Assembly: GCA_000934665.2 (NCBI GenBank) | Contig: JYFJ02000077.1 | Location: 62,001 to 126,000, forward strand | Source: Catajapyx aquilonaris | Lineage: Eukaryota | Direction of reading: 5' to 3' | Length of the DNA stretch: 64,000 nucleotides | In this document: positions 12,601 through 23,500 of the stretch, piece after piece | Position numbering within the stretch: the stretch's first letter is position 1 | Layout: each line of letters begins with the position of its first letter | Translations under genes and position numbers: made by a program | Notes under the pieces: generated by a model | Databases searched by the model: none | What the model saw: the letters and a program-made list of their open reading frames with translations, nothing else | Told to the model about the DNA's origin: nothing

Positions 12601-15189
12601 AATACCTGCCATTTAGACTTTGGGTGGGTGTTTGGATCGGATTAATCTTGATTACCGTCGTGGCATTTGATGGAGTTGCTTTCATCAGCTTCATCACACG
12701 ATTTACAGAAGACACTTTCACGATGCTTATTGCGATCATTTTCATCTTCGAGGTAAGGGTGACATTTTTGTGGCGGGCTCCATTAAATTAGTAGGCTATA
12801 CCAATAACAATCCAAATGGTGGAGAAGAGTCAGCATAAGGTGATATCGTAAGTGAAAATTGATTAGCTCGCTTTTAATGATCCTAAACCATCCACAATGG
12901 AGATGTGATAATGAGTAAAAATTAATGTACAAACATATATCAGTAGATAAATCTTACACGATCGCTAGCGTTGATTGGAAAAAAACAATGCGGACATTGC
13001 TTCCAGGCCATCCGTAATATCAAGGATATTGGAGACAAATATCCCGTGATGCCCACTGATAATAAATATGTCAACTGCACCTGTGCTCCTACAAATAACA
13101 CCCGTTCTCCCCAAGATACATACTGGGCGGAAGTGCCACATCACGACTGCATTTGGGTGATAAGACTTATTCATTCAATTTTCTAGTTCAGAGAATGTAA
13201 TCTTCCTTAATCCTGCTTTGGCTTTCCGCAGAAATATAACGGCACCATGATAGGAGAAGACTGCAAATATCACCCTGACATATTCCTCCTGTCAGTAATA
13301 CTTGCATCGGGAACCTTCCTCATATCAGTCTGCCTGAAATATTTTCGCGACACCCCCTTTTTGTGTGAGAAGGTGCGATTTCTGATCAGTGACTTTGCAG
13401 TTGTCATTGCCATCGTAGCCATGACTTCGGCGGATTACTTTATAAGAGTACCCACACCTAAATTGAGCGTAAGTTGACGTCAAATTCAAGTTCATGTGTG
13501 GTGTCAAACTTGGATAAAATGTGCAGGTACCAACAACATTCCGTGTGACTAACCCATCACTGCGCGGCTGGTTCATTTCTCCTGCAAGTAATAATCCCTG
13601 GTGGACTCCTCTAGTTGCTTGCATCCCGGGCCTGGTCGCCAGCATTTTACTGTTCATGGACCAATGCATCACCACCCTGATGATCAACCGACGACAATAT
13701 GCTCTGCAGGTATGACTAGTCAGCAGGGTGTGAGAATAAGTGTGTCCGTCACGTAATTTGTATTTCAGAAAGGTTGTGGATATCATTTGGACTTGTTCAT
13801 ACTGGGTTTCCTAGTCGTAATTTGCTCCTGCTTGGGCCTGCCTTGGTTTGTAGCTGAAACTGTTCAAGCTCTCAATCACGTGAATGCACTGAGAGTCCTC
13901 TCTATCTTCAATCCTCCTGGGCAGAGTCCTCTCTTTATAGGAGTCAGGTATTGCTATTACGTAGTTACAATGTTGCATTTTACATGGTGGGGCAAAATCA
14001 TAGGCTCTATACCAAGCGTTGTTGGGTTGATTAATACGAAAGCAAATTTAAAGTAAAAATATTTCATTTATGAGACAAACCCTATAAACATGCTTCCTCA
14101 AAACCAATATGTAATTTTGCTCTCATATATTCTGCTTCACTTTCTAAACGCAAAGACCACTGTCAAATCAAAATCCCACCTATATTATTCACTATTGCCA
14201 TCTTAAAAAATTTAACAATATATTACCAATACTGTACAGTTGTACAGTACTACAGTACTACTTTAAGAAATGTGTTTATTTCATATACGTGTATATGTGA
14301 ACATTGTATCTCATCTACAGAGAGCAACGTTTGACAGCTTTAGTGACATTCATTTTCATAGGAATGTCGGTCTTGATGGTGCCTGTGCTAGCAATCGTTC
14401 CACGACCTGTCCTCTATGGAGTTTTCTTTGACATGGGGGCTTCTGTCCTCACAGAAATTACCTTATTTGAAAGAGTATGCATTATGATGATGGTTCCTAG
14501 GTTGCAACCAGACCTCATGGTCCTTCGAAAGGCACGTAAAATCATGTATACATCACATGCTTTGTGCTACCTGAGTATGTGCTGTATCTTTGCAGGTTAA
14601 GCTATCTAGAGTGAACCTCTTCACATCAATTCAGATGGCATGCTTGGCAGTGATGTGGGGAATTACAAAAACTCGAGTGTTGTCCATGTACTTTCCGTTG
14701 ATGGTAATGTACTGCATTGGATCTACATTATTACCCTCGTCTTAGAGTGGGTATTTTTGAGTGTAGTAACAATAGTGTGCTTTAGCTTATAGCAATGGTT
14801 GGAATGAGAAAACTACTGGATTACGTCTTCACTGAGAAAGAACTAAAATACTTAGACCATCTTATACCTAAAAAAATGGCAAGAAAGGGAAAAGTGGAGG
14901 ATGCTCCCTTACATAATGTAGTAAGTGAGCACTATTATAGGCATACGTACTAATGAAAACAATAGTCTTGATATTATGTATATGTGACTTGTATTTTTTC
15001 CAGGAAAACAAGAAACGTATTGAATGGGCAGATATGCAAGGAGCGTCCGTGTGTGGCATGTCCAGTACTGTCAACATAACTGATGAATTAAATAGCACTC
15101 ATATCTGGCAACATGTGAAATCAAGCATGAATACTGATCCTTCAAAGATGGATAGCCACGTGTTCTTCAGAGACAACGAGTCACAATAA
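9623..15189 (+). CDS. Divergent SLC4 (NDAE1/NDCBE-like) bicarbonate-transporter family paralogue
   Basis: Exons 9623-9707 (tentative start), 10174-10233, 10301-10439, 10783-11033, 11088-11180, 11253-11287, 11469-11651, 11733-11945, 12014-12150, 12227-12490, 12587-12752, 13007-13156, 13232-13468, 13527-13709, 13769-13947, 14321-14531, 14596-14703, 14786-14920, 15004-15189. Motifs [56 protein letters not shown]. No stops or frameshifts seen. 5' end uncertain; there may be an extra exon near 9900-10020. Confidence 0.9.
10532..10722. mobile_element. Near-perfect foldback MITE (PIF/Harbinger Tourist-like)
   Basis: Inverted arms of about 89 bp (AGTCCGGTATCCACGTACAAG... / ...CTTGTACGTGGATACCGGCCT), short loop, TAA on both sides (10529-10531, 10723-10725). 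Confidence 0.85.
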
Positions 15190-16126
15190 ATATTGCAGCA
15201 AATGCACAGACATTAACAAATGGCGCGTGAGCTGGCGACAGGGTGCATCAAGCTCCACAGAAATTACTTCAGATAATGGAATATATTTTCATGTGGAACC
15301 AATGTACTGTACCGCTCTGCATCTTATATACTGTACACCGCACTCTTGAGTCTTTATTTCAAGCCTAGCTTCACTCCAACATGATTATATTCTGCAATTA
15401 TCCACATCCGTGTGTAGAAAACGCCGTAATAATTCAAAAAAATCTTGTAGTATCCAGGATAAAATTAAAATCAGTAGACGTCAGGTTGTCAGCCAAGAAG
15501 TCCCCCTACCCTTGCCCCTACCGCTACCGGCCTACCCCAACGCAGGGGTGTGTTGCGGGTGGCCCACGTAACTTAGGATGACTGTTGCGAAGAGGCAACC
15601 CCTGCGCCTAAACTGGTCCCCTATGCAGACAATGCAGTGATACTAAATGTAACAAGATTCAATGCCAATGACACGGCCTGTTCATTCGAAGAGTATGTCT
15701 CACAAGTGCAGCATGCAACTTGACCTTCACGGTGACCCCGAGCCATACCGGTATATCAGGTCCCGTGATGATGACAGTAGTTGTTGTCGCCGTGCTGCTT
15801 GCCAGGTTCGTGCGGTCTGTCTACGGTCACCGAGTCACTGCGTCTGTGTCCACCAGCCTGGCAGGCAGACAGCGAAGACCACCAGACAAGTAGGCTGCTC
15901 GGACCACATCAAAATACGGGACACTCGTCGCAACTACACATGTCCTGTCCGCCATCATGGAATTTGGCGCCAAATATGTCACCAACACACCTCGCACATA
16001 CTAATTCCTTTTAACTCACTATAAGCTCATTTAAAGTATAATATTTTGATCTGATTGAAACAATTCTTAGAAATGGTTATCATGTCGATTTAATATCACC
16101 AAGTATGATTCTGGCAACTTGAGAAC

Positions 16127-16180
16127 ATCATGGCGGATTAAAACATGGCGGCGCCCAGCAGCCACATTAAAGATGGCGTC
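16127..16180 (+). promoter_or_regulatory. Three YY1/Pho-like ATGGCG motifs at the RMDN1-like start
   Basis: catcATGGCGG, aaacATGGCGGC, aagATGGCGtc; the third overlaps the inferred start codon at 16173. Confidence 0.5.
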
Positions 16181-19100
16181 TGCTGCTGGGTTCATTCAGC
16201 ATTTGGCCAGGATTTCTTATCGGGAAGGATCTCGCCTGGCTGGCCGGATCATTCGGACCAGGACGAGTCACAGGACGAAGGTGGTCCTTCTAAATTATCT
16301 GCAGGAAAAGGGTGGATTAGGTGTAGGCAAGGAGAAATAAAGGAAGGTTCAGATCGTGACTCACCCTTTTGCCTTATTTGTTAGGGCAGATCTCACAGTC
16401 TCCTACTCACACGAAAATGACACGATAACTTGCTCGAAGAAATATACATAATCATGTAAAACGTCACAACCTAAGCTCCACAAAGTATAGCCTACCCCTA
16501 TTGTACAGTACGCGGTAACTAGCAAATGTACAAGGCAGCAGGGCCATTATATTTATAAGGAACCACAGTCATTCAATTCAATTTGACGATGGTATTATTT
16601 TCTCGTATGACAGTGTGTCACCATCCAATGTCGGCAAATGGCATATTAATTAAAACAGCTGTGATGTTGCTGGTGACCTATTTTTTTGTTCTGGCATTGG
16701 ATTTATGAATGGAGTCACTTTGCTTGAATTTTTGCATGAAACTCTCAAATTGCCTATTCCCTATTGCTCCTGAAGTGTGTGAATAAACTCGGGAAACCTT
16801 CAAGAGCTGAGGGAAGAGGGAACAAGTAAATATTATACACAAAGAAATCAACATACATTGCCTCAGGTACACTTCCTTAGAACAGTTAGAAGTTGTATCA
16901 TTAATCATGTGTGTGTATATTGCTTTCAGATAAAGTCAGAGGATGCTGTGAGCTTAAAGCAGGCACCAGTGATGGTTCTTATGACAGCCGTTGCAATGAC
17001 AAGAGGCTTCTCTCTGTTTAGCTCCAAGGAAGAATTCCCCAAGAAGGATGGGAAAGCCATAACCCTCTCCAAGGGACGGGTGACAGATATTATCAAGAAA
17101 GCAGACGAGTACTATGATCAGAGTCAACCCGAGGCCACCTATGACTTGCTGAAACCCTTGGCAGTGAGACACTATTTTATTTCCACATGAGGCATCAGTT
17201 TATTTCTCTTGATAGAAAGGGATGCTGTCAGTATTGACCCCAACTTTAACGTTTTTTGAGGACAGGATTTAAAAGGTGCAATAGTTTACTCCAGAAAGCT
17301 TTTTAACCCACCAGACCCATACCAATGTCATTCACTGTCATAATAGACCAGACCCCCAACCTCCAAGAGTATATCACATTGCCACGTACCAAATCTCTCT
17401 CCCCTGCCGTGCTTGTGTATCTATTCTTTAAATCCTACCCCTGATGACCTTAGGCACATGACACCTGAGAACTTGCCTGCTATCTACTAATTGTAATGTA
17501 ATAAGTTATACTTTGACATGGAAACCCACTCCAATAGCACAAGTGCAATTCAAATCCATCTGCTCACATGATGCAACACTTCCTTACTAATTTCTTTTAA
17601 TTTCCTTCCAATGATGCTAAAGGATAGTGAGGTATTTAATCATTTTCAGGCTGTGATTAGTCACTTGCTAATTAACCCATGCAATTTTCCAAAGGAGACG
17701 GGATTAGATGAGGTTCTGTGGCGTTTGGCCAGGACTACGTACGAGCTTTCAAAACAACCGCAGCATTCTGCAGAGGAAACAAAAGCACTTGTGTTTGAGG
17801 CTTTTGAGTATGTGCAAAAAGCACTCGCATCCAACCCCTCCAGTTCTCCTGCGCACAAGTGGATGTCTATCCTTCTGGACAAGTCAAGTGCCTACCATGG
17901 GATGAAAGAGAGAATTACCCAATCACCCAACGTCAAGGAACACATGATAGTAAGGGAGTAATATTGCATGATGTGTTGCGGACATGTCCTTCATTCTCCC
18001 TTTCTTACACAGAAAGCCATGACTCTGAACCCTCATGATGCAACCACAGTTTACCTCTTGGGCTACTGGTGCTATTCAGTGGCAGACCTTCCATGGTACC
18101 AACGGAAGATAGCCTCAGCTGTCTTTGCAACTCCACCCGAGTCCAGCTACTCAGAGGCCCTCAACTACTTCCTGAAGGCTGAAAATATGGACCCTTACTT
18201 CTACAGGTATGTGCAGACAACAAATCTACGTGGGTTAACTTGGAACCTTACTGTACTGGAGCATTACTTTTAAACGTTATCTACAGCTTTCCTGTTACTT
18301 CGGAAATCTCCCAAATTTACTTATTTCTCGCAAAGTACGACGATTGCAGAAACTGCGTGTGGCATGGTTCTCAAGGTTAATATTCTGTATATTTTAACGT
18401 ATTTCATAACTAAATCAGCACAACAATTGGCCAGCAGTTCTCAAATTTTGAGTTTTTTACAGCGATCTTTTTGGAAATATTTAGGAACTTCTAGAGGAGG
18501 AAAATTGTTCCAAACACATTCATAGTATTTTTAATGAACGTGTAAGTGTAGCTGTTATTATTTTGTAAAATATCTTTTCCTTATCTTCAGAGTACGTGTA
18601 AGTGAAAATCTAGGCGATGGCCTAACGGTTGGCCAGTAGTACATGAATTTCAAGTTATTACCTTTGAAAATTAATTTAGGGACTTCTAGACAAGGAAAAT
18701 TGTTTCCAAGATAATTATGTATGTTATGTTTTCCATGAACGTGTAAGTATAGATGTTATTATTTGTAAAATATCTTGTAATTATCTTCCTAATCTAGAAG
18801 TCCCTAAATTAATTTCACCCAGATTTTGGCTTGCATGTACAGTAAGTACTGTACATGCAAGCCGAAATCTAGGTGATGGCAGTATAGCTATACTCTGTGG
18901 CGATCCTTTCGGAAATTAATTTAGGGACTTCTAGATTAGGAAAATTGTTCCAAACACATATATAGCGTAGATCACGAACGTGTAAGTATAGTTGTTATTA
19001 TTGGTAAAATATCTTATTTTTTATCTTCAGAGTACATGTAAGTTTTAACAGAAACGAAAATCTAGGCGATGTGGTATAGCTGGTAGCGAAGGAGTTAAAG

Positions 19101-19716
19101 GCCAAGAAAGCTTTGTCGGGACCACGTGGGTGAGTTCGGCATTTGTCCTCCTCGCCTGACTTTAGTGCCGCCTGGTGGCGAGACCTTTGGATAGTATAAA
19201 AAGGAAGGGGACGTCTGCCCAAAGAGAGACAGGCTCACTCTCTCTCCTGTATCTGTTCACTCCTGCAATACTCTGATTTAACCTCCTACTGGACTCTTAT
19301 TCCCACAGCCTTTGAGCTAGCTTGGTCTAGGAACCAGGTTTGGGGTTCCTCACAGCTTCACAGGCTTTGATACGAAGTCCTTGTAGCTAGTAAGATGCAT
19401 GTTAATACTGTATAACAATGACATAATAATTTGGAGATGTGCGAAACATTGCTTGCATTCAATGTGTCAACCAAAAATTTCCTTGCGACAAACCCAGAAG
19501 GCCCTTCCAAGTTTAATTATTTTTGCATGGTGCCATTTTTACAGTTGTGTTGTTGTTTTCAGCATGAACCTTCTAATGATCGGTAAGAGCTACCTGAAGC
19601 TGGGGACCAAGGACAAGGCAAGAATGTACCTGACTGTGGCAGCTTCATACATACCGAAGACAGATGAAGATCGAGATGCTACTAAAGAAGCAGCAAATCT
19701 TCTACGTACATTATAA
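16173..19716 (+). CDS. RMDN1: Regulator of microtubule dynamics protein (RMDN1/FAM82B-like, TPR fold)
   Basis: Exons 16173-16280, 16930-17163, 17695-17949, 18013-18206, 19563-19716. Motifs EVLWRLAR, AHKW, LGYWCYSVADLPWYQRKIASAVFATPP, FLKAE, FYSMNLLMIGKSY. Arg-rich N-terminus resembles a mitochondrial targeting peptide. Confidence 0.9.
18455..19098. repeat. Three degenerate ~200-bp tandem units with an internal inverted segment (RMDN1 intron 4)
   Basis: Unit tttagg(g/a)acttctaga..ggaaaattgtt..gaacgtgtaagt..gtaaaatatctt recurs at about 18480, 18675 and 18920. An inverted copy lies at about 18785-18816 and a palindrome at about 18816-18876. Confidence 0.8.
19114..19354 (+). mobile_element. Probable solo LTR (Ty3/gypsy-like)
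   Basis: Begins TGT and ends ACA. GCTT direct repeat on both sides (19110-19113, 19355-19358). Internal TATAAAAAGG at 19195 followed by a pyrimidine-rich tract. No clear AATAAA. Confidence 0.6.
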
Positions 19717-20533
19717 GGGTATGAGGGTCTCATAACAAGCAATAATACTGAAGTATTTTTAAGTGATATATTTTGATTGATCATGTATTGGGGGAACATG
19801 CTGAAGTATTGAAATATCTGTATTATAATTTTTTCACATTTCAATGAAAGCTGATCACAGCCATATGACAAACAAATATAACAATCCAGGGATACAGGAG
19901 AAGAAATTACGACACAAAGATGTACAGTAATCAAATAATCATTGGGTTCCAATTTGCCCTGTTTTGCCAGCCAATTTCTTCTTGCCAGCAAATATAACAA
20001 GCAGGATTGGAAACCACGGGTCTTTGTGGAATGTATTAAAAACAAAAGATTTACATTGTGATGTACAGAAAGTGCAAATAAAAATTTCCAATACCTATTA
20101 ACGTGACATAAATACTTTGTGAAATACTTCGAAAAATAGTTTTCAGTCCTAACCAAACAGGCTAGATGGCAGCGGGAATAAAATCTTTGGCAAACTGCAA
20201 AATAAAATCTCTAAAAGATATTTTAACAGTGATGTGTAAAATCAACCTGAAAAATGGGAATAAAAACTAAGCTCCCATTTAAGTAAACTGTATAGGGAAG
20301 ACAAATATCTCCTTAGGAGAGAAAAAAATTAGAAAACTGCACATTAAAAATTTTTAAAGACGGGTATGCTTTAGTGATTCTGCGATATAAACTTTCACTT
20401 TTTACAAATAGTACGCAAACATGTAAATTTGGGCAGTAAATGGATAATTTTGGGGAGTGACAGGTGACCAATTTATTGTCACCACTGACAATAAATGGCT
20501 ATTATTAATCTCACTGAATCATTAGTGAGCACC

Positions 20534-23500
20534 TTACAGCCCACCACCACTCCTCTCAACAGTGATGGCCTTTTTCCTCTTCTCCTGCATCTGCATCTGC
20601 TCCTCCATTTCTGCAATCTTTGCAAATCTTGAATGGACCACGGAACCAGACTTTATGGCAGACATCATCTGCAGGAAGAGAATGCAGTGTTATCATATTG
20701 ACAGCATGCAGAAATGTTTATGCACTTGCAAATGATCATTACAGGCTGCATAATGCAAAGGGACAGAGCAAATGGTAAGATATGAACCTTGCAACAGTCA
20801 TGCTAACAGTAAGGAAAAAAGTCTGACAATTAAAAATTGCCTGTAAAAAATATTTGTTTTCAAAATGGCTACTGACTTTGAAAGAAATATGCACAGTAAA
20901 AAGCAGAAAATAATAAATTCTGTAATTGCTATTTGACAAGTCTGGGCATAGCACATTAAATTTTAAGTTCAATCTTCAAATAAGAATCAATGCAATAAAT
21001 TAAAAAATGAATTTCAAATAATTGCAACATATAAAGAGGGAAACTTTGTAGAACATAACTGCACCATCAAATAATTGTGCTGCAATCTTACTGATGTACA
21101 TAAACTTGTATATTAATGTCACGATGTAGCACAAAAAATATGATGGTACAGTGTGTCCTATTCCCAAAATGCTATATAAAAACATGCACATGTGGGGACA
21201 GAAAACAGGCTTGGAAGTAGCTCATAAATATGTTAGAAAATATAGTCATAGGGTAAAGAACCAAGACCACTGCAAACCAAACCACCAAAAGTAGTCCTGG
21301 AATGAAAAGGATTTAGTTTCCTCGATTGCTTCAAGTCCTGAATGATAGGGTATGTGGGTTTGGTGGAGTCACCCATCCCCTAATCATCTCATGCAAAAAA
21401 AAGAGGAAGAAAAGTCACTGGTGTATACATAAGCCTGAACACAATTAACTAGCTTATTAGAGGTCCCAATTTTCATACAAAATTGTAAAAACATGTAAAG
21501 GGAGCATTTCAAAATTAAAATGCTGCAATCCATAGCAAAAAAGCACATGGAATGTGCAATACCAGCTCTTCTGGCTGCAGTAGTGTAATACAGTGACAAT
21601 AGCAATACTCAACTGCACACTGCAATTTTGGCTTTTTTTAAAAAAAAGCCAGCAGGTCACAAAATTGCAAATCTGGGGCTACCCACGTATTACATATCCC
21701 TACGTTTTTAGAAAATCATGACTAATAGAAGTGTCTCTCTCTTTACACTGTAGAACTTGTTTCTGGGTGCATTGTGCTACTGAAAGTAGCACATAAATTC
21801 TGGTCTTTGCCCTTGTTACTGTTTGATTTGCTGTCCCCCACAATGACAGTAATAACAAGGGCTAACCTGGGGGCTGAGAATTTACCTTCAGTGATAGTGT
21901 GATACGAGGCATAAGACAAGCAAAGTATAAAGCAATATGACGAGGGATTCAAAATCAAAAGTAGTACTGTGTAATTTATGAATCAGGTGATTATGTTACA
22001 TTGATGGAATGCAAAAGATATAAGAGCCCAATGTTTTGAAGATCAAGAAGGGTAGTTGGACAACAGACATGCCACGAGACAACTCAAATAACAAAAGCCA
22101 AATAAGGGAACATCCAGTCTTGCAAGTCCATCTGAAAAATCCCAAATTTCAGGTCTACCTCCAGGTATTCTTCCAACTCGACCTGTCCATTCATGTTTGT
22201 GTCAAGTTCCCTCAGAATCTCATGGATGGTCTCACCAGACACGTTCTCTCCCGCTTTCTGAAATCACAAGCACCCCCCACACGTTTAAGCAGCTCAATAA
22301 AAGTTTTGATTTACCTGGAGGAATGTGGAGAGATCTATCTGCCCATGACAGTCAGGGTCCACTTCATTCAGCACAGTGTGCATGTGAGTCGTGCCAAGGT
22401 TCTTGCCCTCCTCTACCTGAACATTGTATCATTTTTTGTCATTATTTAATTTTGTTTTGGTAGTGAAATTAGCAAATATTGGAAACACAGGAGTTTCCAA
22501 AGTCAGTGAATGTCATACTGAAATCTACCTATAAAAATAGTGGAAGATGTAATGTTGCCAGTGTCAAATGCATTTTTCACAAGATCCCTGTTCAATAAAT
22601 TTCCAAGTTAAAAACTGACTTCACTGAATTGCTATGAGCACATCCAAAAGGAACATCTACAGCATGTGAAAATACTAGCATGTACCCGCTTGCTTGTGGA
22701 ACTACAAGGTTGAAGGTCAGTAATAATCGGGTGTTGTTAATATTGGCTATCAACCCCTGCAAGTTCATGTCCAATAATTCTGACACCCTATTACTGTGTT
22801 GAGAAGGTATTTTCACATGTAAATGTTTCCCTGTGTTGCATTTCAAGCCTGTGTGGCATAAGGAAAAGTTACAACATAATGTGGCATTGGCAAGCTCGAG
22901 TTAAATTACAACTTTATACCTGCAATAATGATTCTGTATAAACAAATTCGTGAATGTAAAAGGACCCATTTAGGCTACCGAGTATTCCAGATGGATAAAT
23001 CATTAACTGGGATCAGGTAAGTAAGGTACTTAAAAGCCTCCCATATGCTGCCACATCAATGGCACGTTCACTGTTGTTCTCAATGAACCAGGAAGATTTT
23101 TCCTAATTGTGTATCTACAGGATATCTAACCAACATCAACAGTGCAGAAGAAATGCGGACAGACATGACTCCTACAATTAATCGCAAAGTGGGCTGCAAG
23201 TTCTACGGCAATAATAACTTTCAAATATTCTTATAATCTGCAATCACTTTTGTAAACCTGCAAACAGACTAAATTTTTTCATAGCAGAAATTGTCAGAAG
23301 AAGCAAGAAACAAAACATTATCCATAGACTGACACAATGGTACAGATCTCTTCATAAGATTGTAATAACCTTGCAAAATTATTTCACAAAGCTCAAGGAG
23401 ATACATTATGGTGCAAAATTTCTACATTAACTTAAATTCTGACATTTGTTGCTTTTGAAGGAAAAAAAAAAACTATCAGCATTCTGCAGCATATTCTTAC

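Noticed and set aside
15490..15610. GAAGTCCCC plus a short inverted repeat as RNase MRP/P RNA
   Set aside because: No matching CR-V/P4 partner found downstream.
19590..20156. 188-aa minus-strand ORF
   Set aside because: Antisense to the RMDN1 last exon and its AT-rich 3' UTR; no recognisable motif.
19716..20534. Overlapping 3' UTRs of convergent RMDN1 and GPD2
   Set aside because: Plus-strand AATAAA sites (about 20077-20263) and a minus-strand site (20472-20477) allow non-overlapping ends; undecidable from sequence alone.
21743..21958. Minus-strand ORF as an alternative terminal exon of GPD2
   Set aside because: No phase-0 acceptor into the long frame and no similarity to the GPD2 tail.
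22700..22846. Minus-strand peptide VSELLDMNLQGLI resembling a third EF-hand exon of GPD2
   Set aside because: Weak similarity and no acceptor/donor pair giving a phase 0-0 exon of about 100 nt.
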